A stretch of DNA of 63,604 nucleotides, counting the filler, from a bacterium (GTDB lineage: Bacteria > JALSQH01): NCBI GenBank assembly GCA_026985515.1. It is 10 parts of 10 records of this genome, joined end to end, with 100 filler letters (N's around TTAATTAATTAA, not from the genome) between each part and the next. Parts side by side here need not be neighbours in the genome. Positions count along the whole stretch, not along the records: positions 23,379 to 31,597 come from JALSQH010000202.1; positions 31,698 to 39,889 come from JALSQH010000203.1; positions 39,990 to 48,159 come from JALSQH010000204.1; 7 more parts are not named here. The stretch is one strand, 5' to 3'. Each line of letters begins with the position of its first letter. Within the stretch, counting starts at the first letter, position 1. Shown here in pieces: positions 30,560 to 40,303 of the stretch. The notes below the pieces were generated by a model, which ran no database searches, was not told the DNA's origin, and was given only the letters and a program-made list of their open reading frames with translations. The position numbers and the translations under genes are program-made.

Positions 30560-31597
30560 ACCACTAGCCACTTCTCATTTACGTTTTTCAAATATGAAAG
30601 AGTTCTGTTCATCCCATATGTTGCACCAAGCTCAATACTTCCCAACCACCTGTAATACAGAGAAAGTTCTCCACACAGTATTGTATCGTTTCTCTTCGTG
30701 GGAAAGTCTGGATAGTCTTCTGCCGAAAGTCTTGTCCATAATCCAAGATACAGTCCCCCCACCATATTTTTATCGATACTGAGTTCAAAATAGGGACCCT
30801 GTCTGGAAAAATAGCCCCCCCTCTCACTCCAGTAACCTGTTCCGATGTATCCGTTGCTTCTCCCTGCATCAAATAGAAATAATTCGTTCATATAAGCATA
30901 AAAACCGAAACCATTGTTCACCCAGTTTGAAATGTTGTATGAAAAGATACCTCCACCCATCCTGAATACATTTAATATGCCCTGAGAAAAATCAACAAAG
31001 ATATCTCCTCCATAATCATTTCTCAGCTCACCACCAAAGGAGTTATACCTGTAAAATATGGAAAGAGCTTCTTTAAATTTTCCTGATGTGTGAAAATATG
31101 TAAGGGATGTTCTGGAATAGAACCTTCTTCCTGCCGAGTAATCTGGCTTGAAAAAGTACCTGCTGAAAAATTTTTCATGTACTCCGAACTGAGATTTTCC
31201 TGGAGAAGTAATGTAATAGGCTTTCAATCTCATCATGGAATAAAGAACATTCTGGTCAGATTTCCCTTCCCTCAGTGGATCAGTATCATATCCCGCTCCG
31301 GCTCTCGCAACAACACCATAATTCTTGAAGTTTTTGCCTTTATTTTCCAGGTAGTACAGATATCTCCTGGACTCAGTCAGGATTTCAGGATCATCTGTTA
31401 TTGCAATGGTCTTTTTTAACCATTCAATCGTGTCGCTATCTTTGAGAAGATGAAGGTAATTGAGCGCTGTAAAGTAATTTGCCACATCCCTCAATTCAGG
31501 AAGAAGAAGTGAAGCTCTGTCAAAGATTTTCTCTTCGAGGTTTCCATTTACATACATGTCAGCAAGAGCAAGGTAAAATTCAGCAATGGGATCACTG
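30538..31597 (-). CDS. TPR + outer-membrane beta-barrel protein, 5'-partial
   Basis: Frame open to contig edge; TPR-like helices then GAGYDTDP and strands ending in C-terminal Phe (LGGYF). Confidence 0.65.
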
Positions 31598-31697
31598 NNN
31601 NNNNNNNNNNNNNNNNNNNNNNNNNNNNNNNNNNNNNNNNNTTAATTAATTAANNNNNNNNNNNNNNNNNNNNNNNNNNNNNNNNNNNNNNNNNNNN
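31598..31697. other. Artificial contig linker
   Basis: N44-TTAATTAATTAA-N44. Confidence 0.98.
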
Positions 31698-32135
31698 GAC
31701 GGTACAATTAACAGAAAATTGCTGGGTAAAATTGTGTTTTCTGATCGTAGCAAGCTTGAAAAATTAAATTCCATAGTTCATCCAGCAGTTATTGAAAAGT
31801 TGAAGGATATTCTCATGAAGTACCAGTCGGCAGGTCAGGAAATGCTGGTTGTGGAGGTACCTCTTCTTTACGAAGTTGGTCTTGAAAAGCTGTTTGATCA
31901 TGTTGTTGTGGTGTATGCCCCTGAAGAAATCCAGATTGAAAGAATAATGAAGAGGGATGGTTTGAGCAGAGAAGAGGCACTTTCCAGAATAAGAAACCAG
32001 CTTTCCATTGAGGAGAAGAGGAGGAGGGCTGATGTTGTTATTGATAATTCAGGGAATCTGGAGAAAACGAGAAAGGAATTTGAGAGGGTTTTCTCTATAC
32101 TTTACGATTCATCAGAAAAGGGAGTAAGGATTTAA
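31698..32135 (+). CDS. coaE: Dephospho-CoA kinase, 5'-partial
   Basis: DGTINRKLLGKIVF, IVHP, EVPLLYE, ADVVIDNSG. Confidence 0.92.
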   Translation, partial: DGTINRKLLGKIVFSDRSKLEKLNSIVHPAVIEKLKDILMKYQSAGQEMLVVEVPLLYEVGLEKLFDHVVVVYAPEEIQIERIMKRDGLSREEALSRIRNQLSIEEKRRRADVVIDNSGNLEKTRKEFERVFSILYDSSEKGVRI

Positions 32136-32136
32136 A

Positions 32137-34206
32137 ATGAGGAGTAAACTTGGCTGGAAATTCTCAGCAACAATTATAATCTCAGTGGTGGTAATTTTCA
32201 CCTTTTACACCCTTCTGATTTTGAATATCTTTTCGAGACAGTACCGGGTGCTTATTGATGATAAAGCGAAAAATATATCAAAATTTCTGCTGGATCCCAT
32301 AAGGAATCAGCTCAACATGACAGATGGGGATCTACAGAGCTTATCTGCGTTTGCTCTTGACCTTAAAAAGACCCTGGAGAGAAACAGGGAACTTTCAATA
32401 ATTGAAATTGTGGATCCCTCCGGAACCATTGTTTCTCATCCTGACCTAAAGTACATAGGAAAGAGAATATCTTCCTCTCTGATATCTCTTCTTTCCTCAG
32501 GGAGAGGTGAAAAGGTTCTTTACTCCGGTACGATCTACCACTATTTCATACCAATTGTTTATGCTACCAAGGGAGTTGTTGCGTATCTGCATCTTGGATT
32601 CAGTACTTCCTTTATCAAGGAGGGAAGAAGGAAAATCATTTTCCAGCTTATCATAGTTACAATACTTTCCATTTTGTTGATTTATTTCATCGTTTCTTAC
32701 ATGGTGAGAAGAAATATTATGGAACCGATATCTCTTTTGAGTGAATTTGCATCATCTGTGTCAAAGGGAGACCTCACAGGCAAAGTTGAATTGGAAACCC
32801 ATGATGAGCTTGAGGATCTTGGAAGGGCGTATAATGAAATGGTTGAGGGATTGAGGAATCTTGTGACCAAGGTCTTTATGCTTTCTGATGAAATTCACAG
32901 GCTTGTTTTCAAAACACAGGAAGATTTTCAAAATTTGAAAACTCGCTCCGATGAGCAAACAGAAGTACTTCTTGAAGCAGATAAGCATCTGGAAAAAATA
33001 AAGACTGGAACTGTTCACATCACAGGTCAGATCGAAGAACTCTTCCTTACCACTCAGGAAACGAGTTCCTCTGTGCTCGAATTGGGTAGTACCAGTGAAG
33101 AAATCAAAAACAATATGAACAAACTTACACAGGCGATTTCTGAAATATCTGCGGGAATTGATGAGATGGCTGCTTCCATAAACCAGGTAAATAACAATCT
33201 TCAGAGAATGGTTTCTGATGCTGATGAGATGACAACTTCGGCGGCAGAAATAAGTACCTCAATTGAAGAGGTTGAGAGGATCACAAAGCACAACAATGAG
33301 CTGACAAAGGAAGTCAATGAAAATGCACAGGAGGGAATGGAGTCAGTTAAAAAGACCGCAGAAGGGGTGGCAAAGATCAAGGAATCAGTTTCAGAGATAG
33401 CCAGGGTCATAGAGAAATTACAGGAAAGATCACAGCAGATTGGCACAATTACGATAGTGATAAATCAGGTGGCCGAAAGGACGAATCTTCTTGCTCTCAA
33501 TGCCTCAATAATTGCAACACAGGCTGGGAAACATGGAAGAAGTTTTGCCGTGGTTGCAGAGCAGATCAGGAATCTATCACAGCAGGTATCCAGCAGTACC
33601 AAGGAAATAGAATCGATAATTAAGGGCATACAGGAGGAAATTGAAACAGCGGTGAAGCAGGTGCAATCTGCCCTTAAGGACGTGGCAGCGGAGGAATCGC
33701 TGACAGCTGTTGCTGAAGAGAGACTGAAAAGAATTATGGAATCTTCACAGAAAACTCTGGAGATGAGCGAGGTAATTTTTCAGGCTATTAAGGAGCAGAC
33801 ATCAGGTAACAAGTTAATATGGGAGGCCGCTGAGAGGATAACCTCATCTGCGCACGAGCTTGCCAATGCAATTGAGCAGCAGGCTGCCTCTTCGTCACAG
33901 ATTGCAAGAGCAACTGAAGAGGTTGGTGAGTTGAGTACAATGATAAATCAGGCTGCATCTCAGCAGGCTGAGAGCAACAGAGTGATAAGTGATGCTATTG
34001 AAAAAATCAATAATTCCCTTGAAATTATAAAGGAGACAAGTAAGAGTCACTCCATTGAAACGGAGGAGGTTTTCAACATCATTCACAAAAATCTGGAACT
34101 CATCAAGGAAAATTACAGGTTGATGTCTGATGTTTCCGGTCAGGTTGAGAATTTACAGCAGAAAATTAAGGAACTTGTTAAGGATGTGAGAAACTTCAAG
34201 GTTTAA
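32137..34206 (+). CDS. Methyl-accepting chemotaxis protein
   Basis: 2 TMs, Cache-like IVSHPD, HAMP HDELEDLG, RTNLLALNASIIATQAGKHGRSFAVVAEQI. Confidence 0.93.
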   Translation: MRSKLGWKFSATIIISVVVIFTFYTLLILNIFSRQYRVLIDDKAKNISKFLLDPIRNQLNMTDGDLQSLSAFALDLKKTLERNRELSIIEIVDPSGTIVSHPDLKYIGKRISSSLISLLSSGRGEKVLYSGTIYHYFIPIVYATKGVVAYLHLGFSTSFIKEGRRKIIFQLIIVTILSILLIYFIVSYMVRRNIMEPISLLSEFASSVSKGDLTGKVELETHDELEDLGRAYNEMVEGLRNLVTKVFMLSDEIHRLVFKTQEDFQNLKTRSDEQTEVLLEADKHLEKIKTGTVHITGQIEELFLTTQETSSSVLELGSTSEEIKNNMNKLTQAISEISAGIDEMAASINQVNNNLQRMVSDADEMTTSAAEISTSIEEVERITKHNNELTKEVNENAQEGMESVKKTAEGVAKIKESVSEIARVIEKLQERSQQIGTITIVINQVAERTNLLALNASIIATQAGKHGRSFAVVAEQIRNLSQQVSSSTKEIESIIKGIQEEIETAVKQVQSALKDVAAEESLTAVAEERLKRIMESSQKTLEMSEVIFQAIKEQTSGNKLIWEAAERITSSAHELANAIEQQAASSSQIARATEEVGELSTMINQAASQQAESNRVISDAIEKINNSLEIIKETSKSHSIETEEVFNIIHKNLELIKENYRLMSDVSGQVENLQQKIKELVKDVRNFKV

Positions 34207-34795
34207 GGATTTCAAAGTTACCGGCAATTCTTCTGAATTTTTCTTCTATTTCTGGCGAAATATTAATGTTATCATGGATGATGAGCTGGATACTCCTGCT
34301 ACCTTCCAGCAGATCAGCGGTAAGAGAGAGATCTTCTTCTGAGAAATGGCTGCCTGCGTGAATGACTATTTTCTGTTCCCCCGCCCAGTTCTGAAGGGAT
34401 GTTATGGAGGCTATGAAGAGGTCAGGATTGACTTTCTCTCCACAGAAAGAATCGCATTTAGTTACTGGTGCCACCAGGTGCAGTTCCACATAATCCACCA
34501 GCCACTCATACAGTACGCTTCTCAATTTTGAAGGGTAGGTACCGTTGGTTTTAATCTTTATGAAATCAACCTGCTTTCTTATTCTTCTCAGAAGAGGTAT
34601 AATGTCCGTTGCAAATGGCTCCCCGCCTGCAATTTCCAGCTCATCTATCTTTTCCCCCGCATCAATGAGGGTGGGAAGCGACCCCCCTTCATTCCTCTCC
34701 TTCCAGCAGAAACAGTATCTGCATTTCAGATTACAATCTTCCACTCTCCACTTTATTCCCCCCCTTCCCTCTGTGACGGTAGTTTCCATCTTCAA
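34196..34795 (-). CDS. Short radical-SAM protein, NrdG/activase-like
   Basis: CNLKCRYC, GGEP, KTNGTYP, VDYV. Confidence 0.7.
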   Translation of the reverse strand: MKMETTVTEGRGGIKWRVEDCNLKCRYCFCWKERNEGGSLPTLIDAGEKIDELEIAGGEPFATDIIPLLRRIRKQVDFIKIKTNGTYPSKLRSVLYEWLVDYVELHLVAPVTKCDSFCGEKVNPDLFIASITSLQNWAGEQKIVIHAGSHFSEEDLSLTADLLEGSRSIQLIIHDNINISPEIEEKFRRIAGNFEILKP

Positions 34796-35355
34796 CTCTC
34801 TTCGAGAGCTTCGGCCCTTTTATACTTTCTGAGATACCACCACATCGCTATGAAGATGACTATGAGGACAATACTGAAGATGTTCATCAGCGTTCCCACA
34901 GGACTGGCAGGAGAATTCAGAGGTACAGCTTTCCCCTTGAGGAATTCTTCCCTTGTGCCAACAAAGTAGTATCTCTGGAAGAGAAGCAGAATGATCAGCA
35001 GTTCCATTATGAGAAAGTAAACCACACTTATCCAGTAGACAACTTTGCTCCTTTCCGAAAGCACCATTCCAAGCAGAAAACCACCAATAAAGGGAAAGTA
35101 GTAAAGCACAGAAAGGATGTAGATCCAGCCCCAGATGTTGAGAGAACTCTTCTCCGGGAAATACATCCACATCCAGTCAGGAGCAAGGAAATAGGACCAG
35201 ATTACAGAAATCACAAAAATTGTGGAAAAGATAAATCCAAAAATGAATGCCCTTGATAAACATGGAGCTTTTTTCTCCTTCTCCCTCACATAAGGGCCGA
35301 AGAGCAATCCAAAGATTATCATTACTGGTGTGTCAATCAGGAATGTTTCAACCAC
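34792..35355 (-). CDS. Hypothetical membrane protein
   Basis: About 5 hydrophobic segments, PDWMWMY motif. Confidence 0.7.
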   Translation of the reverse strand: MVETFLIDTPVMIIFGLLFGPYVREKEKKAPCLSRAFIFGFIFSTIFVISVIWSYFLAPDWMWMYFPEKSSLNIWGWIYILSVLYYFPFIGGFLLGMVLSERSKVVYWISVVYFLIMELLIILLLFQRYYFVGTREEFLKGKAVPLNSPASPVGTLMNIFSIVLIVIFIAMWWYLRKYKRAEALEES

Positions 35356-35412
35356 CCCCTTTCATTTTTTTCTCTATTTTAGCATACTCATCTTTAATTT
35401 CAAATCATAAAA

Positions 35413-37107
35413 TCACATAAACAGATCTTTCAGGTCTCCAAAAGGCTTACCTCCATATCCCTCTCTGTTTAGAACGTTTATATAGTTTGTTATTTCATCA
35501 ATTACTTCTTCTGATGGTTTGAAGTCATAGTGTACACGGCTGAGAAATAGTTTTACCTCTTCCTCTGGAATTCCCATTAACTCATAGCTCATCGCTGCTG
35601 CTTCTTCCCTGTGTGCATTTATCCAGTTTATAGCATCCAGAGTTTCTTCAAGAAAAAGCTCTACTATTGAAGGATACTCCCGGAGAACTTCTCCCTTAAA
35701 TACGACTCCAGCATTTGGAAGATTCCCCTGTTCAGGGAAAATTTTTTTCCAGAGGTCCCTGTATGCAAATGCTTCTCTTACTTTACCTCTGCTTTCAAAG
35801 ATGGCAAAACTTGCTTCTGGCTCTCTGAGGAGGCCAGCTTCAATTTTCCCCTTAATCAGCATGTCTTTTATTTCATCAGGTCTGCCAAAAGGGTGTCCAA
35901 ATTTAAATCTGAAGTCTCCGGGATCGTATCCCAATTGCCTCAAAATGAACAGTGTTACTGCATATGGGGGTGCAGTGTTAATAAGGGGGAGATATATTTC
36001 CTTTCCCTTGAGATCATCGAAGCTTCTTATCTCAGGGTTGTTTGTCATCATGAAGAAATTATCCCAGAGAACTATTGCCTTCATTTTTATATCCAGTTCT
36101 TTCATGAAGAGTTTCGCAACTGCTGCGACAGCAGAGAAACTTATGTCTGCCTTTTTGTTAACTATCCAGCCGAGATGTTTTTCAGTTTCCCTCCAGATTT
36201 TAAGTTCTTCTATTTTGATTTTTCTCATCAATCTATCAGACTGAAGTAACCTCATTATGAGTGGATAAACCACAGGAGTGGCTGATTGAATCACCAGCGG
36301 TATTCGACCCTCTTCAATCTTTTTCTTCTTTTTTTCCTGTGGCTTTTTGAAGAAGTAAACATGATTTTCAAGTGGTCCCTTTTTTTCTATGTGTACTTCA
36401 AAGCCCATGGGTTCAAGCATATTGATAAGCGGTCGTGGAACAAAGTACTGAATTATTTTGAATCCCTCACCTTCTGGAAGATCATGAGCTTTTTTTATGA
36501 TGGCAGAAAAAGGATCCTTTCTCCATCCTCTTACATCCATAACTTCAAATTCCTCTTTTCGGTCAAGCCAGTTTTCAAAGTCTTTTTTCTTCCATTTAAC
36601 ATAAACTTCGTATTCCTCTGGTCCTTTTTCTTCTATGTAAATCTGGTAGCCTTCCTCTTTCAGCAGATTTACCAGTGGTGCGGGAAAAAATGAGTTAACA
36701 ATTTTAAGTACTTCACCTCTGTGCAGGGATTTTACTCTCTGCATTATTTCAACGAAAAAGAAATCCTCTCTTTCTCTTACATCTTCTACAATTATTTCTC
36801 TTGCATCCTCAAGCCAATCAGGTTTTTCTTTTGAAATTTTCAGTTCTTCTTCTTTGATACAATCGGGAGCAATTTTCATCAATTCTTTTTCCATGCCAAT
36901 CTTACTGTTGAGGGTGTGGAGAAGTTCGCAGATTGAGATTTTTCCTATCCTGGCAATATCGCCAACAGTTGCCCATCGTGCCACTGTGTTGTAGATAAAT
37001 TTGTTGTTGAGTTTCTGAAACTTTGGCGAAATTTTTATGAGTTCCTCCCTAAGCTCCGGATATTTCTCAAGCATTTCCTTCACTTTGGTTGATGCTGTTA
37101 TGACCAT
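35413..37107 (-). CDS. DUF1858 + 2x DUF2249 + SsuA/NMT1-like solute-binding domain fusion
   Basis: ITASTKVKEMLEKYPEL..FQKLNN; two repeats DVR..I..L..GE..I..F.P.PL..GF/Y; C-terminal SFDDLKGKEI, LLREP, LPNAGVV. Confidence 0.7.
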   Translation of the reverse strand: MVITASTKVKEMLEKYPELREELIKISPKFQKLNNKFIYNTVARWATVGDIARIGKISICELLHTLNSKIGMEKELMKIAPDCIKEEELKISKEKPDWLEDAREIIVEDVREREDFFFVEIMQRVKSLHRGEVLKIVNSFFPAPLVNLLKEEGYQIYIEEKGPEEYEVYVKWKKKDFENWLDRKEEFEVMDVRGWRKDPFSAIIKKAHDLPEGEGFKIIQYFVPRPLINMLEPMGFEVHIEKKGPLENHVYFFKKPQEKKKKKIEEGRIPLVIQSATPVVYPLIMRLLQSDRLMRKIKIEELKIWRETEKHLGWIVNKKADISFSAVAAVAKLFMKELDIKMKAIVLWDNFFMMTNNPEIRSFDDLKGKEIYLPLINTAPPYAVTLFILRQLGYDPGDFRFKFGHPFGRPDEIKDMLIKGKIEAGLLREPEASFAIFESRGKVREAFAYRDLWKKIFPEQGNLPNAGVVFKGEVLREYPSIVELFLEETLDAINWINAHREEAAAMSYELMGIPEEEVKLFLSRVHYDFKPSEEVIDEITNYINVLNREGYGGKPFGDLKDLFM

Positions 37108-37123
37108 AACTTTAACTCCTTTT

Positions 37124-37160
37124 TTGAAAATACTTTACCAAATTAGTAAAGTATTGTCAA
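37124..37160 (-). promoter_or_regulatory. Promoter overlapped by an inverted-repeat operator
   Basis: Minus strand TTGACA (37160-37155), 17 bp, TAAAGT (37137-37132); AATACTTTAC-N7-GTAAAGTATT, extendable to 14/15 bp arms. Confidence 0.7.
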
Positions 37161-37168
37161 GAAAATTT

Positions 37169-37960
37169 TTATTCAGGAGAGGTGAGAGTAGAGAAAAGGC
37201 GATTAATATTTGAATCTATGATTCTTTCAACATTCTCGATATTCTCTTCTTTGATCTCCGCAATTTTACGATAAACATACTCCACGAATGATGGTTCATT
37301 CCTTTTTCCACGATAAGGAGCAGGGGTAAGATATGGTGAATCGGTCTCGGCAAAGAGCCATTCCAGAGGTACTGCTTTAACGACTTCAACTGTTTTAAGG
37401 GCGTTTTTGAATGTTACCACTCCCGAGATAGAGATATAAAAACCAAGTTCTTCTATGTACCTGAGTGCCTCATCTCTGTCACCTGAAAAGCAATGCATTA
37501 CGCCCCTCAGGTTATTTTTTCCCTCCCCGAGTATCCTGAAAGTATCATCTCCGGCTTCTCTTGAGTGAATTACCACAGGTAAATCATAATCCCTGGCCAG
37601 ATAGAGCATTTTTCTAAAAACTTCCTGCTGGACCACTGGATCGGAAAAGTTGTAGTGGTAGTCAAGGCCTATTTCCCCAATTCCCACAATAATGTCTCTG
37701 TTTTCTTCAATAAGTTTGCGAAGTTTTCTTTCAATATCATTGTTGAACAGCTTTGCATCGTGGGGGTGTATGCCCACAGTAGCATAGATATATCCCGCAT
37801 TTTCTCGTGCGATTTGAATACTTTTCAAGTTCCCTTCAAAGCCGTATCCACTTCCAATGTTAATAATTAGAGATACACCTTTCTCTCTTGCTCTATTTAT
37901 TACTTCATCACGGTCAGAATCGAATCTTTCATCGTTGAGGTGGCAGTGAGAATCTATCAT
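37169..37960 (-). CDS. tatD: TatD family hydrolase
   Basis: IDSHCHL, GIHPH, GEIGLDY, IHSR, HCFSG, ETDSPYL. Confidence 0.93.
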   Translation of the reverse strand: MIDSHCHLNDERFDSDRDEVINRAREKGVSLIINIGSGYGFEGNLKSIQIARENAGYIYATVGIHPHDAKLFNNDIERKLRKLIEENRDIIVGIGEIGLDYHYNFSDPVVQQEVFRKMLYLARDYDLPVVIHSREAGDDTFRILGEGKNNLRGVMHCFSGDRDEALRYIEELGFYISISGVVTFKNALKTVEVVKAVPLEWLFAETDSPYLTPAPYRGKRNEPSFVEYVYRKIAEIKEENIENVERIIDSNINRLFSTLTSPE

Positions 37961-39153
37961 TTCCCCTCATAAGCCTTTCTTATCAATTCCAGAGCCTCTT
38001 TTCTATCCATATCCCGTGGATTAAACATCAGCGATCCATCATTAATGGCATGTTCCGCAATTTCTTCCAGCTGATCCTCCTTTACCCCCGCCTCTTTCAG
38101 TGTCAGGGGCAGGCCAGATAACTGGTGGAGTTCCTCCCTCAGCTGATTGACAAGTTCAATGAGTCTGTATGGTCTCTTTTCTTCCGGTGTTCTGGCATAT
38201 TCTTCAGGCCCAGCAAATGGAAGTAAAAGTTCACCAATGTATTTCCCGGCAACGGGAATATTGAACTCCAGGCCAATTGGTAGAAATATCGCCATTGCTA
38301 CACCGTGGGGTATGTGGGCAACACCCCCCGCTGCATGTCCAAGACTGTGAACAACTCCCACCATGGAATTTGAGAATGCGACTCCCGCCACAGTTGCAGC
38401 ATTGGCCATAACATAACGGGCTTCTTCATCCTTTCCATCCTTTACTGCCCTGACAAGATATTTTGATATCATACTTATGGCAGTGATGGCATAACCATCG
38501 CTGAAAGGATTCTTCTGGTTGCAGTAATAAGCTTCCATGGCATGGGTCAGTGCGTCCATTCCTGTAGCAGCAGTAATTTTGGGTGGCATGGTCATTGTCA
38601 TCCTGGGATCAATGATGGCTGTGTTGGGAAAGAGTCTGTATGATGTGAAGGGCATTTTTACATCTTCTGCAGGGTTGCTGATCATGGCAACGAGAGTAAC
38701 TTCGGAACCTGTGCCTGCAGTTGTGGGGATAACAATAAATGGCTTCATGGGTTTTTTCAGTACCTCTGCCCCCATCAGCTTTGAAAGATCATCGGCATTT
38801 TCTGTAACCACTATGTTGACACCCTTTGCAGTATCAATTACTGATCCTCCCCCTATTGCCACTATGGAGTCGCAGTTATTTTCTCTGAATAGTTTTGCCG
38901 CCTCGTTTACAACTTCAATGGATGAATCTGGAGGAGTTTCATCGTAGATTGCTCCTATTTCCATCTCTCCGGCATCCATCGCTTTTTTAACGATTTCCAG
39001 AAGCCCCGCCTTTTCTATTCCTTTGTCGGTTACTATGAATGGTCTTTTTGCCTGTAACTGATCAAGTTCATAGGGGAGATTATCCACCGCCTTTCTTCCA
39101 GAAACAATCTTGACTGGTGCGAAAAATTCAAAGTAATCTGGTAAGTTAAACAT
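37957..39153 (-). CDS. Iron-containing alcohol dehydrogenase
   Basis: AIGGGSVIDTAK, PTTAGTGSEVT, DALTHAME, HSLGH..HG. Confidence 0.93.
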   Translation of the reverse strand: MFNLPDYFEFFAPVKIVSGRKAVDNLPYELDQLQAKRPFIVTDKGIEKAGLLEIVKKAMDAGEMEIGAIYDETPPDSSIEVVNEAAKLFRENNCDSIVAIGGGSVIDTAKGVNIVVTENADDLSKLMGAEVLKKPMKPFIVIPTTAGTGSEVTLVAMISNPAEDVKMPFTSYRLFPNTAIIDPRMTMTMPPKITAATGMDALTHAMEAYYCNQKNPFSDGYAITAISMISKYLVRAVKDGKDEEARYVMANAATVAGVAFSNSMVGVVHSLGHAAGGVAHIPHGVAMAIFLPIGLEFNIPVAGKYIGELLLPFAGPEEYARTPEEKRPYRLIELVNQLREELHQLSGLPLTLKEAGVKEDQLEEIAEHAINDGSLMFNPRDMDRKEALELIRKAYEGK

Positions 39154-39166
39154 TTTTCCTCCTCCT

Positions 39167-39670
39167 TTATTTTCCAAAAGGTAAGTTAAGCATAACTTTT
39201 AATCTTTTCATCTGTCTTCCACCCATGGGTGGAACACGTTTCAGGACAATCCCTGCCACAAATTTCGGGAAGAGGTATGCCTGTACAATGTTCAGACATC
39301 TTGTAAAAATCATGGCCTTAACAAGGTCTCCCTTCACGCTTATTCTGTGCTCTGCATATGCTCTGTGGGTGCTCATCTGCGCAGTTAACACCATAAAAGC
39401 TGATTCAAGATTTTTAAACATCACCACAAGATCAGCCTTATCTTCTGGATAATCAGAGCCAAGGTAATGGAAGCGGTCACCTTCCTTTTTTACAGCCATT
39501 GAAGGACCGGATGGAAGCACCTTCATCATTGCTACAAAACCTTCCGGTAATGCTCGCATTTCCATTTTAACCTCTTCATCTACTTTTGATACTTCCTGTA
39601 TGGCCTTGCCAAGTAGAGAAAGGACGAATTTTACAATGGATCTCTTGAACCTGTTCCCCGCATATTTCAT
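39167..39670 (-). CDS. Hypothetical protein, SCP2-like
   Basis: ADLVVMF..AY..RISVKGDLVKAM resembles the SCP2 sterol-carrier C-terminus. Confidence 0.5.
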   Translation of the reverse strand: MKYAGNRFKRSIVKFVLSLLGKAIQEVSKVDEEVKMEMRALPEGFVAMMKVLPSGPSMAVKKEGDRFHYLGSDYPEDKADLVVMFKNLESAFMVLTAQMSTHRAYAEHRISVKGDLVKAMIFTRCLNIVQAYLFPKFVAGIVLKRVPPMGGRQMKRLKVMLNLPFGK

Positions 39671-39725
39671 TTCCCTGCTCCTCTATTTTTCTCAATTATA
39701 GCATTAAATTGAACTGGTGTAAATA

Positions 39726-39889
39726 TTACATTCTTTCAGTTTTTTCCTCTCCTGCAAGCAATCTTTTTATATTTTCCCTGTGCCTGAGGATCACCCAGAT
39801 TGATAAAAGGAGGGTAAAAATAAATAAGTCTCTGTCGTAGAGAAAATATGTTGCCAGAGGCAGTGAAATGGCAGCTAAGAGGGAACCAA
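39726..39889 (-). CDS. plsY: Glycerol-3-phosphate acyltransferase, C-terminal part (5'-partial; absent from ORF track)
   Basis: Own translation: GSLLAAISLP..WVILRHRENIKRLLAGEE. Confidence 0.85.
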
Positions 39890-39989
39890 NNNNNNNNNNN
39901 NNNNNNNNNNNNNNNNNNNNNNNNNNNNNNNNNTTAATTAATTAANNNNNNNNNNNNNNNNNNNNNNNNNNNNNNNNNNNNNNNNNNNN
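39890..39989. other. Artificial contig linker
   Basis: N44-TTAATTAATTAA-N44. Confidence 0.98.
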
Positions 39990-40115
39990 CAGCGTGTCTG
40001 TCTCCGTCACAGAACCACTCCGGGACAGAAGGTCTCCATCCGCCCCGCAGGTTTGTTCATTTCCCATCCCCCTTTCCGACCTTCTGTCTCTCCGTTAAGT
40101 GTGACTCCGTGGTAG
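39990..40115. repeat. Structured non-coding repeat, copy A (at contig edge)
   Basis: Aligns by eye with 51973-52095; GACAGAAGGTC/GACCTTCTGTC inverted repeat, four CTCCG boxes. Confidence 0.9.
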
Positions 40116-40303
40116 GTATCCGCAGGCTGGAAAAGCACCATTTTCACATCCTTACTTCCGCTGCAGAGTTGAAATTGAGAAGTTCTCAGTGGTGTACTTA
40201 AATGTGCTTTTCATGATCCTTTCGGCTCTCTTTTCTTGAAAAATTCCCAAAATGATGCTTTAATTGTGATAAAATACAAAACCTGAAACAGGGGGAGGAG
40301 TAG

